A program made the translations under genes and the position numbers. Below the pieces are notes generated by a model. The model was not told where the DNA came from, made no database searches, and saw only the letters and a list, made by a program, of their open reading frames with translations. A stretch of 64,000 nt of DNA from Amphiscolops sp. MND2022 (taxonomy: Eukaryota), in assembly GCA_964187785.1 (NCBI GenBank), contig OZ076413.1, positions 50,470,001-50,534,000 of the forward strand, in the 5' to 3' direction. Position 1 is the stretch's first letter. Every line of letters starts with the position of its first letter. Positions 20,995 to 33,879 of the stretch are shown in pieces.

Positions 20995-23161
20995 TGTGTT
21001 GACCCTGAGATGGGTGCAACTCGTTCATCAAGGTTGGCCTTGATGTTGAGGCTTGATTTTCAGATTCACAGAAATCTACTACGGGATTTTCGGACCTAGG
21101 CGGATGGCCTGCCAATGAATCTATTTTTGAGGATAGATTCTCGATCATCTTGAGAATTTCTCTTTGCCCAGTCTCAGCGTCTTTTATCCTTCTACCAACT
21201 GATTTTTCGATCTTTTCAGAGATTTCAGAGAAATCACGATCTGAGATGCTGGGTGCATTTTCAGTCCTTTGGCTAGCTGCCTCAGGTTCACCTAATGAAC
21301 TGGATACAGAATCCCTTCTGGCTTTCCTTTTAGAGGATCTTTTAGGCATTTTGGGTTTCAAGTTTACAGGTTCGGTCTTTCCGACAAGAAATAAAGAAAG
21401 ATTGAGATTTTTAATCTTCAATTGGGTTTTGTAACAAGAGAAAACAAAGCTGCTTTACAAAGAACGGTTATTGAATTTTCAGAGACTATCAAAATTATCA
21501 TCTGAAATTATTTAAATTTCCCAAGCATATATATACTTTTCACCCACGTGAAATGGGGAAAAATCCGCACCACTTTCACGCTTCATTCAGCCCAGCGTCC
21601 CTCCAAGGCGGAGAAACAGGAAGTTCAGTTCCGCTTTGTCGAACTCAGACTCTCAGTTTGTTCATGCTTTCCGAGGAAAGCACGCGTCCACTTCCTGTCT
21701 GAGTTGCGACTCCGCTTCCCTTCACCTCCAACTCCCGCCTTTTCAAGACGCCGAAACTGAACAAAGTGTGAAAAAAATTAGTCACTGCGCACGCCCAAAG
21801 AGCGAAATGATCGAACAAAACAACAAATTGGAAATTGGGAAAATGAGAATTTCCCGAATTAATTTGGTTCAAATATTGCACAGCGAGATGATTATTTGAT
21901 AAGAAATATAAATTAGCTCATAAAGTTCACTCATGAGAGCTTAAAAATCACAAATTCGAGTATAAATGGGAAAGCTCGGTCCCAGGCTGAGGTCTGGAAC
22001 GGTTGAGGCAAAATAAAATCATTTCCCGAAAAATAATGATTAATTATATCAACAACAAACAATTCAGTGATTAGAATCAACTCGAAAATACGGTTCGAGT
22101 CTCTTCCCAATCTAGTTGAGTGGAAATTGACTCTAAACAAGGCAACACAAATCATTTATGGAGATTAAACAAATTAAATCGAACATTTAATCCCAGGCCA
22201 AGGTCTGGGCCGCGGCTTGGCGTTCTCAAATTAAATACTGCATTTACATGGTTAAAATCATCATACATTGCATGCAATCAATCATTATCGCTTACTGTTG
22301 TATGTGTTACGTCACTGCTCCCTCGCGAGAGCGGAGAAATGGTTAGGGGGATCGATATTTTCAATTCCAGGATGGATTTGGTCAGAATAGATTTCAGGCC
22401 GTGTCTCAGGCCGCGGTCTACTTCATTTAGCACTTGAACATGGTTTATCTGTAAAAATAGCGTCATACTTCATTCTTTATCTTCAGGCATCTTTTGAGAT
22501 TGCAGGCATTGATTGGTAGGCTCATAAGGAGCAGAAAAGATCACTATTAACATTAACAATTTCCATTTCTATAATGGATTTTATAGATTTACATTTCAGG
22601 CCATGTCCTGGGCCGCAGTATATCGGTATTTCAAAGTTAGCTCCAATACTTGTTTATATGGACAATTACATGTATAACGTTGTTCTAATACTCGTTTAAC
22701 GCATCAACAGGTTTACATGTATTCACAAAATAGCATAATTAGTGTTAGAGATTGATTCGTAGCACTTTCATTCTCAGGCCACTCGCCAGGCCACCGCTTC
22801 ACTGCGCAAATCTCAGGCCGGCTGCCAGGCCGCAGTTCCGCCATTATTCATTCAGGCCGCTTACTGAGCGGTGTGATTGTATTACTATTAATTATATAGC
22901 ACCGTATTAATACTATTAACTGCACAAGTAGCTTTATACCGGTTAGTACACTGTATGTAAGTATATATAACTACATAAATATTAATATATAATTTCTTCT
23001 AATTATTATATTATTTAGCGCCATTATTTCAGGTTGTATGTATTGAACTGATTGTTTTCTGGTTTTCTGTTTTCATTTTCCTTTTTCCCATTTCCTAATT
23101 TATTCTTCGAAGACTGGGTTGATTCTGCTGCAATACTCACAGCTCAAGTGGGGCTGTGACA
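20995..23161 (-). repeat. 3' LTR of element 2 (2167 bp)
   Basis: Direct repeat of 35077-37243 with scattered substitutions. Confidence 0.96.
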
Positions 23162-23699
23162 GTCCTCGGCTTCGTTGCCCAGTTCCCTCAGGAAGGAGAA
23201 ATTGGGAAATGGATCGTATCGGTGTATCAAACAAAGTGGTGAGGTCATCTCTCATTGAATCGTATGATCGCCATGAAGAGCTGCTTTCCCAACTGCTGCC
23301 TGACCAGTAGCCTTCTGAGCTGCTGTCGGCCTCGCTTATCGAGCTCATAGGGCTGTCGACGAAATAATCAGGGCTATTTTGGTCCTCTTGATTGAATCGT
23401 CTGATGGGGCTCATGAATTCGTCATCTGGGATAACCGGATTATCTGTGGTGAACCTTCGTATTACTCCTTGTTCATTTTCGACGTTAAGTGCATTCACAA
23501 GTGGTTGTTCATGAACAAGGACTACGTGTAGATCTTCCGTCTTGACTATTTCATAAACAATAGCAGGCTGCGTCGGGTTGATGATACAATAATTAGGCGG
23601 TGGAGTACTGGGCCTTTGTTCAGTCGGTGTTGGCTGTTGATCTCGTTCAAGAATAAAAACGTCTTCGTCTGCTTGGTTATTTGAAATGGGATGATTCAT
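23100..23699 (-). CDS. Element 2 accessory ORF3 (199 aa, acidic/Ser-rich), terminating inside the 3' LTR
   Basis: ATG-initiated ORF in the same position and orientation as element 1 ORF3. Confidence 0.65.
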   Translation of the reverse strand: MNHPISNNQADEDVFILERDQQPTPTEQRPSTPPPNYCIINPTQPAIVYEIVKTEDLHVVLVHEQPLVNALNVENEQGVIRRFTTDNPVIPDDEFMSPIRRFNQEDQNSPDYFVDSPMSSISEADSSSEGYWSGSSWESSSSWRSYDSMRDDLTTLFDTPIRSISQFLLPEGTGQRSRGLSQPHLSCEYCSRINPVFEE

Positions 23700-23907
23700 T
23701 ATAATAGCAAGCTGAGTGTCAATCAGTTTTCAGTACAACTGATTTGCTTCGCTTGGAAAATTTGTTCACACGGTTTGTGTCAACTCCGTGAATTGTACAG
23801 CTGGCAGACTGAACAACTCTCCTTATATAGTAGATAACTTCTAGTATTAATAATTCCATTGTTTTACGCCACATCTTCTTTGAATTTTCATGGTCTGTTA
23901 TTTTTAG

Positions 23908-26900
23908 ACATTTGATTTTGTGTTCTACTGAAGAGGATAGTGCGTTGTTGCACCGCAGTCGTGAGGCGGAGTTAGTCGAGAGTGGAGCAGAAGTTGAGTC
24001 TGTGGTCGAGTCGGTTGTTCGTGGGGGGCGAGAAGTTGCTGTGGATGATGACAAAGAGGAAAGTGGAGAAGCAAGTGGTGGAGGTGGAGTCGTTACTAGT
24101 CATGGTTTTGGCGAGAAAGACAGTTCTGGGGATGAGGGCCCTGGCCACTCTGATGATGAGAGCTATGTTGAGACTGGGTCATATCACTCGACCTGTAGTG
24201 AGGAGCGTCATGATCTAGACTACCTGGCAAGGAAAAAAGGTAAACTTTTCTAGGAATTGATGGGTGGCCAGCCTTTCCTAGTTTTCTTTGAACGCGTTCT
24301 TTTTCATCTACTTTTTTTTAGTGACTGATGATGGGAGTGATGAAGATTATGTCCCTCCTAGCCAGACGGTTTCCCAGAGCAGTTCGAAGCAACGGACGAG
24401 TCGGTTTCTGTCGACAAGTAGTGTGAGGTCTGCAAAACGGGTACGGCTGGCAGATGTAGTGGCTGGGACCGTGCCCAGGCCACCTGCCCTGATTGACAGT
24501 TCTGGAGAAGACTACGTTCCTCCAATCATCTCTGCATCGCGTACTCTTGAAAGTAGGTATTCATTCTGTCTTCTTTCTTCCTTGGGTTAGAGATGCTTGA
24601 GAGGGTACTGGGTACGCGTGTTCTGTTTCTCTATGCATACTTTACAATTTGTTTTGTAGTTCCTGATCCTACTCCCATTGCTGGGATGCGAGCTTCTATT
24701 GGGCCTCATGATGTTGACTCCAGTGGTAGCGACGTTTTCGTTTGTGAGGAAGCGCTTGATACTCCTGCTGTTGAGAGTGAGGTTGTCTCTATTCTTGCTG
24801 GCGAGGGTGCCCAGACATCTCGGACGCAACATGGACGCGATGCAGTGGGACTTGAGCCTTCGGTCGTGTACAACGACTGGGAAAAGGGTATGTTTGAATA
24901 CATCTGTTAATTCATTGATGATCGTCTTTCCTTTACTGGTTGTTCTGTTTTCTTCTCCAACTGGGCAAATTATGTATGAGTGATTTTTCTTTTATCTTTG
25001 TGTATTTCCAGTGGGTCTGAAAGCTGTTTCTCCTGGGTCGCCGCTGATGATGTCCGCTGCCCAGTGCGTGATGCTCGCTCGGAGTGCTGCCCGTGCTGAG
25101 CGAACAGAAACTTTGAAAGAGACCAAAAGTTTGGCAAAGCGTAAGTTACTCTTTGGAGTTGTTTGATTGTCAAGTATTCTCTAATTGTCTTCCGCCTGTT
25201 CTTGTGTTGTTGTCTGCACTTGTTTGTCTGTTTCAATTGATTGTTGGTATTTCGTCGTACTGTAATGGGTTATTCGTTGGAGGTGTATGTTGTAGAATTT
25301 GAAGAGTTGTCGCGGCTCTTAAAGAAGAAAGAGATCGACGCAAGTGACCCTGGGCGCATTCTGGATCCCGTAGAAGCCAAGAAGGAGCGATTGTTGGCCC
25401 GCGATGAAGAGCGGGAGAAAAAACAGACTGAGCGTCATGTGTTGACCAAAGCTATGGTCAACCATCCAATTCCGCGTCTGTTTGTCAGCAGACGAAATGA
25501 CAAAGGCCCCAATGGCTTCAACTGCGCTATATGCCGGAAAGATGTCTCTTTTTTGTCTCGGGGTCCCCGAGGCATCTGGAGGCATTTTAAATGCAAAGGA
25601 CATTTCCTGAAGGATCGCCGCTACCGCTTGGATCACGAGGATGTCATTTATAGCGAAAATCTGGATGCTATCCCTGTTGCTGAGGTGTCTGCTGTGTTAC
25701 GAGCTGAAATCGAACTGACGCCCCCTGTCACTCTCGGCAGAATGAATAAGTTTGTGGAGGACGAGGTCGATGCACTGGTTGGCGTCCCGTCCAATGTACC
25801 GCCGACGACTCTCGTTGGATGCCTTTTCGAGTTGCTGAGGAGTGGGGGGACGCAAGTGTTTCTGCGTCGTCTCTGGAACCAGTTTCGGACAACATTGCCA
25901 GTAGAGAGTCCCTATGCTTCCGTAAGTTGGAGTAAGACAGAGACGCTGGTTGTTATCGTCCAAACCCTCTTCCCTCGCGTTCTTCGACGTGTGAAATCGT
26001 GGCTGGGTGACAGTCCTTTCAGTTTGGCGCTGCAGTCTTCCCTCTTAGGGGTGAAGTGTGTCGTCCGTTGCTGTCCCGACGATTCTGTGCGTGAGGTCTG
26101 CTTGGCTGATGTGGAGTTTGGTGAAGCCTCTTGTGAAACGGAGATTCAGTGTATAGCTCGAATATTGTCACTTGTGCCAACTCGTCAGGGCCCCGTTTCC
26201 ATCCAGGGTTGTCCTCCTGTGCTGTTCAATGCCTACGTGGATTGGTGCCAAGCTGTCGGTCGACCTGTTCCAATTGCTGCTATTGTCTTCGACTGTGATG
26301 TTCTGCGTCGTTTGATGCATGATGCTAGTTTTATGTGCGTTGGGTCAGTGGACCCCTTTGCGACTGTGGAATACTTGGTGCAGCGTCTAAAGCGAGTCCG
26401 ACATCAAGCTTGGTTATTGAACTTGCCTCGATTCCGTATGTGCTTGGAGTCTGGTGTCATACCTGCTGCCTCTTGGTGTGATGTGGTCCAGGAGCTGTTG
26501 GATAATTGGTCAGATATCAAGATTTGCCTGTCAAATGATACTCTCTTGATGAAGAAGAACGTTAACGTTGTTGATCTGGATTCGTTGTTGTGCTCGTATC
26601 GTTTGGGATTGCCTCGCCTTGCCTTATTGCATGTTGTGCTGTTGTGTTTCCGCTCGAATTGTAAGAAACAGTTTGAGTCCTCTGTGCGGGACTATGGTTG
26701 CAGAAACTTCAGTGATTTCTGTTTCTTCTATTGGAGCCTACTCAGTAAGGTCAAGAAAGTCAGCCAATTGCCCTCGATCGATAACTGGTCTGAGTATGTG
26801 TCCAAACCGCTGAATAGTTGAGCTAATGTGACAGTTGCAGAGTGTTTACAGGGGGAGCCCAGTATTTTGAAAGCTATTCGAGGATTGGATGATGCCCCGC

Positions 26901-27756
26901 GTCGTTCTTTCTTGCGGGAGTGTCAAGGGTATCTGCTGGAACTGTTGAAGCAGCTCGGTTCTAGTCCTTACGCCCATTCACGGATTGCCCGGTCCTTGAG
27001 TTCTCTGAGTGTGGACATGTTGTTGGGCGGGGACGCGGATTACGCCGTGGAGTTATTCCAGGATCTTGTTGCCTGTCTGCAGGAGTCTGGCTGCCTAGAT
27101 GGTGTGAAACGCGAGGCCGCGTCAAACGAGTTCAAATCGCTGATTGTGGAGCTGCGTGATCGTTATGTAGATGGTTCTGAGGTCGCTGATGTATTCTGCT
27201 TTTTGGAGTCGCTAGACATTTTCCAGTGTCGGGCTCATGTGAGGCAGGTTGTTCGCCTCGTCCGCGTGATTGTGTGCCCCGCTCCGAGTCCCTTGCCTCA
27301 CGTGGAAGTATCGACTAGTGGGTGTAGTGTGCCTGTATCGGTGATACGGACCGGTCTGAGTGGTGTCCAATCGTTCATTCTTCAGCCCAAGTTTGTATCG
27401 ACTGAGATTTGACAGTGGAGTGTATTGAGGAATTGAAAAGCAATCTGTTGGTTGGGCATCTGTTTCTGGGGTGCAGTACCTTCGATCCTTGGGGCGGCGT
27501 CAGTCGTCATCCGTATCAGGAGATCTTCGGGAGCATCTTTCGGTGTTACACTGCCTATTATGCGGGGCAAGTTACTGAGTGGAGAGCTCGTATGGCGGCC
27601 GGCCCATCTTCTCAAGTTGGAGTTTCTGGAACTCCTTCTGTAGCAGATACTGCGTCTCTTGCTGTGGCTTCTGGATCTCAACAGGGCACTTCTAGTCCAG
27701 CTTCTGAGAAAAGGAAAGGGAGCAAGAGGAGTGTTCGCCAAGGGAAATCATGTTGA
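23908..27756 (+). pseudogene. Spliced antisense accessory gene of element 2 (homolog of 4396-8260) with one in-frame stop and one frameshift
   Basis: Exons 23908-24239, 24322-24552, 24660-24887, 25012-25140 and 25296-27756 joined by phase-1 GT-AG introns; CAIC...HFKCKGH finger; TGA at 26819-26821; 1-nt frameshift near 27409; start codon unresolved. Confidence 0.82.
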
Positions 27757-28111
27757 TTGATGGTGTGACTCAAAACTTTTGAAGAAACTGTTCCATTGTA
27801 CATTGCTTTTATTGTTCTTGATGAATTAGTATTTGTTCTTCTGATATAGTTCAGGTTCCGCGTGTCGGTTCCATGAAGGAAAAAATGAAAGAGAAAGAAA
27901 AAAAAGGTAAAAATCCATGCTCTGGTGTTGTGAAGCAAACCAGAAAGTTCGAGGCGGCTCAATTATTTGTTGGGTCTTTTGGAATTTAGTATTTAGCCTC
28001 TGTATCGTTTTCATCCAAGTCGTAGAGTGAGAGAGTGATAAGCCATTGTAGATTGAGGAGATTTGAGATTCAGTTGTAGATCGGCCGTCCAGGTTAGAGC
28101 CTGGGGCCACA

Positions 28112-31100
28112 TTAATTTTCTGATCTTGGGCCCCCGTCTGGGCCGAGGTCTGTTAGGATCTGTATTTCTGGGCCGTCGCCCAGGCCTTCGTTTTGAATTG
28201 CGGGATTTTCCGAGTTTATTTCTACTGCATTATAGTATGCGAAATCTGGTTTCCAATTTGAAGCTGGGTTTCGTCGGAGATTGTAATGAGATTTTCGGGG
28301 GGATTTAGGAACGGGTGGACAATCTTCGGGTTCATCTTCAGTGTCTAGGTCTGGGTCATCTGTCTGGGTTCCTGGGTGGTTATTACTGCTTCCAGGTCCA
28401 TGCTCTGGGTCGGGGTTCGAAGGGCTGGGGTATATTGGGTCAGTATCTGGTTCCTGTGCTTGGGGTATTACTTCGGGTTCGGGTGGCTGACTCTTTGCGG
28501 GGTGGGTAGGGTGTTCTTGATGAAGTTCCTGCCAAGCCATTGCGAAAAGGTCATCGTGCTGTATAGGCACTTCGGTGTCCTGCTGGAAATCTTTAGGCGC
28601 AACTGAGATGTCAGGCAGTTTGTGGCTGCTTGCGAATGGTCGTAGTCTGATTCTGTGCAGGATTTGGGTGAGGTTCGTTTGGAGTTTTCGGATTAAATGG
28701 TTATTATTGGGTAGGGTTTTGACCACGATATATGGTCCCGTCCAAAGGTATTCCCGAAACGGCAGTTTTGTCGCTTGGCTATGCGCCTTTGGATGCAATG
28801 CATAGCAGTAGTCGTTTACTACCAGTGGGTTTGCTGATGCCTTTCTGTCATAATAGCGTTTATGACGGACATAGGCCTGCATCAGAGCTTGCTGGCTTTG
28901 GTTGAGGATCTGTTGTGTTTGTTGTAACACTCCCTCGGCTATCTCGTGGTTGATTGGGGTAGGGGGCTGTGGCTTGAGTCCATATTTCAGGTCAAGTACA
29001 TTGTAGGGCACTCTTCCGTGAAACACTCTGCTGGGTTCGCATCCTAGTGATGTGTGGTATGAGGTATTGTAATTCAATACCGCCATCGGTAGGAATTGAT
29101 GCCACATCGTGCGCCGTTCCCCTGTCATTATTTTGAGGCTTTCCTTCAGGGAGGCGTGAGTCCTCTCCAGGATGCCGATCGTCTGAGCGTGTTTCGTGGT
29201 GGCGTGTTTCAGTTGGATTCCCAGTGCAGTGGTGGTTTGTTGCATCGCTTCTGATATGAATTGGGATCCCTTGTCCGTTATGATTGTTGTGGGTAAATAG
29301 CAATGTCTGGTGATGATGTCCATTAGGACTCTGGTGACCGTTCTGGTATCAATTCTAGCGACACTGTACGCGAATAGGTACCTGGAGAAGACATCCATTG
29401 CTGTAATGACTGCGGTGTGACCTCCTGATGGGTCATCGAAGGGGACTATGTCCATCTGGAGTGCGTCTTCGGGTCCCATTGCTATTTTTGACATGTCGAT
29501 CAGCGGTGGTGTGATGGTGCTATTGGGTGTCCGCTTTGTTTGGGCGCATTCCATACATTGTGAGATATGGTTGGCTATTCGGGCGGCAAGTCCTGGGTAG
29601 TAGTATTTCTCGCGGCATTGTTGAATGGTTTTGGCTATGCCCGGGTGTCTTCCATATTTGCCATGATGGTGGTGTATGAATTCGTTGACCAGTTGTTGGG
29701 GGAGCAGCACTTGTAAATATTTGACTTTCCCAGTATCCCCAAAATATTGTCTATACAAGAGGCCGTCTTTGATGATGATCCTATCTTCTTGGGCTAGGTA
29801 CTTCGCTGCTCTGGGGTCGTCATTGGGGAGTTGGGTGTCGTACGGCTCCTTCAATATTTTGAGCTTGAGATTTCTGAGGACAGGGTCCTGGTCCTGGTGT
29901 GGTCTGAGGCTGCGTGGAAAACTGTTTTCATTGTATAGCTGGCGCCTTTGTTTCTGTTCCGGGTCTTGGATGCTGTTGCAAACCAGGGGCAGATTCTCCG
30001 TTTGAGGGTTTGGTTCGGTTGTATCAGTTTGAGTATCGGTTGGTTGTTTTTGGGGGTTATAGATTTTCTTTCGGGCACGCTGTTTGCGTTCCCAGATGTC
30101 TTCTTCGGTTTCGGAATCGTCTTCTGGCAAGAAGTAAAATTGGTCCTCCTCATGTATATCTGAGGATTGGATGTTCACTTGGATGGGTGTTGTCTGGATA
30201 TCTTCTCTGATTTGGAGAAGGACTTTTTCCTTGGGACTGATGTCCAATCGGGAGAGGAAGTCTGCCGCCGTGTTCATCCTTCCTGGCACATGGGCGATTT
30301 TGAAATGGAATTGGAGCACGAAATCACAAGCGTTCCATAGGGAGGGTGGAATCATTTTGGTTTGAAAAAACCTTGTGACTGATTTATTGTCTGTTAGGAC
30401 GATGGTTGGCTTGGAGGAACCCCACAAGATGTGACTATACTCCATGAAGGCGAAATAGATGGCTAAAAACTCCTTGGCATAAATTGACGTTTTCAATTGT
30501 GACGGAGAGAAAGTTTTAGATCCAAATGCCACGGGAGCATAGGTTTTCTTGGTGGAGGTGAGTTTCTGTTCTGGGTCCTCTTCGGTCATTAAGGCGTAGC
30601 CTGCGTTCTTGAAATTGGCGTCAGTCATCATGACATACTGCTGGTTTGGCAGCGGCTGTTTGAGCCAGAGCCCGCACGCGTTGTCTAAGGACTTGTTGAT
30701 GGCCTCAAAGTTTGCTATGAGCTCTTGGTCGATTTTGGCAGGCTTGTCAGATTTGATGAGTTCGTGGAAAGGGGCAATCTTCTCGGATAATCGAGGAATG
30801 TAATTTCTGTAATAGTTCACAAATCCGATATATCGTTGAGGTCCTTTCTTCGTTCGGGGGAACTTGAGTGTTTGCAAGTATTTCTGTATCTTGTGGCTCT
30901 GGGGTGCTACACCTGATGGGGAGATCGTTCGCCCAAGGAATTCGACTTCCTTGGCGCCGAACTGACATTTCGCCATTGTGAGTCGGAGTCCTGCGGCGCG
31001 GATGCATTGGAAGACCTCTCTCAAATTGTTTTTCAACTCTTCAGGAGTGTTTGTGGCGATTCCAATGTCGTCCACGTATTGGGCGCATTTATCCGCCTTT

Positions 31101-33879
31101 ATGGCTTTGTACAGATACTCCCTCATGAAGCTTGAGAAGGATGACAGTGAGCGGCTCAGTCCCTGGGCCAGCCTGAGGTACGCGAACGTCCTGCTGGCGA
31201 AGTTGAAAACTAGGAGTTGGACTGACTTCTTGTCTGCCATCTGCAGTACGTGGTAAGCTTGTGAGCAATCAAGCTTACAAAACAACTTCTTGCCAGCGAG
31301 GTGTTGTGCCGCGTCCGTGAGGGTGCTGACCGGATGATTGTTATTGATGTAATCATCGGAAATCAGGTTGTTGATCTTTCTGAGATCTACTAGGAGCTGT
31401 AGGCGGCCGTTCGGCTTTCGTTGAGCGAAAATCGGGCTGGCATACTTGCTGAACGGGAGGGTTGTTATAATCCCGAAGTAATGCATTAATGCCAGTTCCA
31501 CCGTCAAGTCCTATTTCAAGTTAATGGGGAAAGGCAGGCTTTGCGAGTAGACTGGGTCGTCTGTTTTTGGCGTGAGCTTGATTTTAAAGTCGTGGTTGAT
31601 TCCGATGTCTAGTCGGTGCCTCGCGAAAATGTCATTGAACTCTATCAAGATTTCCTCAATGTCGTTTTGGTCATTTTCTGTTAATTGGGAATCATCCCAT
31701 TCAAAGTTTTTGAGGAATGCCTCTCGGTCTTCAGCATTGTTATTGGGGTCCAGTTTCTGGATCTCTTCCAGTTCCTTGATTTCCCTCAGTATTCTGCTTT
31801 GAATCGGCGTGTGGGTATTAGGATCGCCAGGATTGTCTGGTGTGGGGAAACAAAAGTTTTGACTCTGGGAAGGTTGGTCCGAAGTTTTCAGGAGTTCGTT
31901 GATGTATAGTATCGCATCTTCTGAATCATCCTCCGTGAGCACTTTTAGTGCTGCGGTGTTGAGCGGTTTGAGCTCTTTGGCTTCTTCGGGCGACATAATT
32001 TTGAATTCAGCAACCGTCGTGTTCTTTTTTATTGTGTGGGGTAGTGTTGGTCACCCTTACCTCAATTTTCCTGTTGGAGGCTGTAGATTTTGAGCTGGCT
32101 ACTACTAGGGGGTCACCGTTACAATGGTTGGTAGCTGGGTTGATGACACCGGTTGTGCCGATGGTAGACGTTATGTCTGTGTAGGCGGTGATTGTCTGGG
32201 TTGTTTCAGGAGGAATGGTGATTGGATTCTTTACTTGTACTTTGTACATCTTTCGGTTGCGGGTGTACTCGTCGGTTTCAATTGAGTACGTTAGATGGGG
32301 GAAGTGGAGTAGGCCTTGGCTTACATCCAGAATGGCGCTGTTGTTTTTCAGGAATGTGAGGCCAAGTATTGGGCCTGTCAGTCGTTTTGCAACAATGAAC
32401 GTCTCTTTGAAATTCCAGTCCCCTATTTCAAATTGGAGGATTATTGTTTTGGTGGGGGCTTCAATGTCGCCGTTTGCGACTTGGAGTTTGAACGGGGGTG
32501 GTTCCATTTCTTTGACTATGTCCTTGGGGGACATCTGAAGGATTTTGTTGTAATCGGTTTCGGAGATGCAGTTGACCAGCGCTCCAGAGTCAATGAGGGC
32601 GTCCAGGGTCAGGTCCTGGAAGTCCATTGGGGCGAATAGCATCTTCTTCTTTTTCTTAAGAGTCACTGCTGAGAAGATTGGGATGCATTCCTCTTTGGTG
32701 ATTGGGTCTCTTGTGAGGTATTCTGCAATCTGCGCCAGGGGGTAGGACTGGGTTTCGTCCTGGGTTGGTGTGTCGTTTACAGCACCTGAGGGGATTCAGA
32801 TTGCATGTTGGTTGCGGCAATCGTAATGGGACGAGGGTTCTCGGTCTCATTTTCGGACTGCCTGGTGTTAGAAGAGAGGGGGCTCGTGTCCCTCTGCCTG
32901 AATGATCTTGATTCGGGTATTCTGCAGCCTGTTCGTTGGGGTAGGACCTAGGTACGTCCTGGGGTGGTGTGCTGTTTGCATCACCGGGTAGGGATTCAGA
33001 CTGCATGTTCATTTCGTCAGTCGTAATGGGTCGAGGGTCCTCGACTTCATTTGCGGACTGACTTCTTGGAGAGGAGAGTGAGGACGACGCCTCGTTGTAG
33101 GAGAGAGGCTCTAGGAGTAGAGACCTTTTTATTCTCCTTGTTTGCGGTGTGGAGATTGTTATCTCCGTGTTTGTTGTGGTTTGGGTCAGGTCCACGGCTC
33201 TCAGTCGTGGTCCTGCCGGTGAGATTTTCATTTTGGTGGCAGTCGGGTGCCACGTCCATTGTTGGGGATCGTATTCTTCCGGCTCTGATTGGGTTAACTG
33301 GTTGGTTTTTTGGTGGCGATTGTGGAGCCGTTGTTTGTGATCCGTGATCTTTGAGTATGGACTTGGGTTTGTTAGTCGACTCGTCGACTATTATTTCTGT
33401 CACTTTTTCCGCGTCCTGGTCATATTCTGGGACTGGTTGGACGGTCTTCGGTCTGTGACGTGGTTCTGTCGAGATATTCATCCCAGTTTTCTTGATAAAT
33501 TCCTCAAATGGCGTACACTCTCGTTGTTTAAAGGTTAGAGTCGTTTGGTCGTAGATTTTGGGATTGTGGTAGGGGTCACAGTTGTAGTCAGGGTCATGTA
33601 TGTAGGTTTCAGGGGCAGTACTTTCGGGTAGTGGTCGTTTTGGGGTAATGTAGTCGGTTGGGTTGTCAAGGTACCATTGGGGGTAGTCCTTTTTAGTCAT
33701 GTTTTGTCTATTTTGTTTGTTGAGCTTGTGAATCTGCCATCTTCGCTGCCAGTCGAGAGATGGTTCTTCATGTCGCTCGTCATTTTCTTCGTGTCGTAGG
33801 TATTTGGGGGTTCTGATGTTGTGAAATGTCGGGTTTCGACAATCTCCCCAAACTGAAGATGTGGCAAAGCTAGTTTTTT
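28112..33879 (-). pseudogene. pol: Pol of element 2, broken by several frameshifts
   Basis: Consecutive ORF pieces 33047-33700, 32656-33231, 32007-32666 (LIDSGA), 31511-31996 and 28112-31507 (YVDD, RNase H, integrase), colinear with element 1 Pol. Confidence 0.93.

Noticed and set aside
20858..21421. 187-aa ORF resembling element 2 Gag
   Set aside because: 3' LTR copy of the gag start running into the flanking solo LTR; a by-product of the architecture
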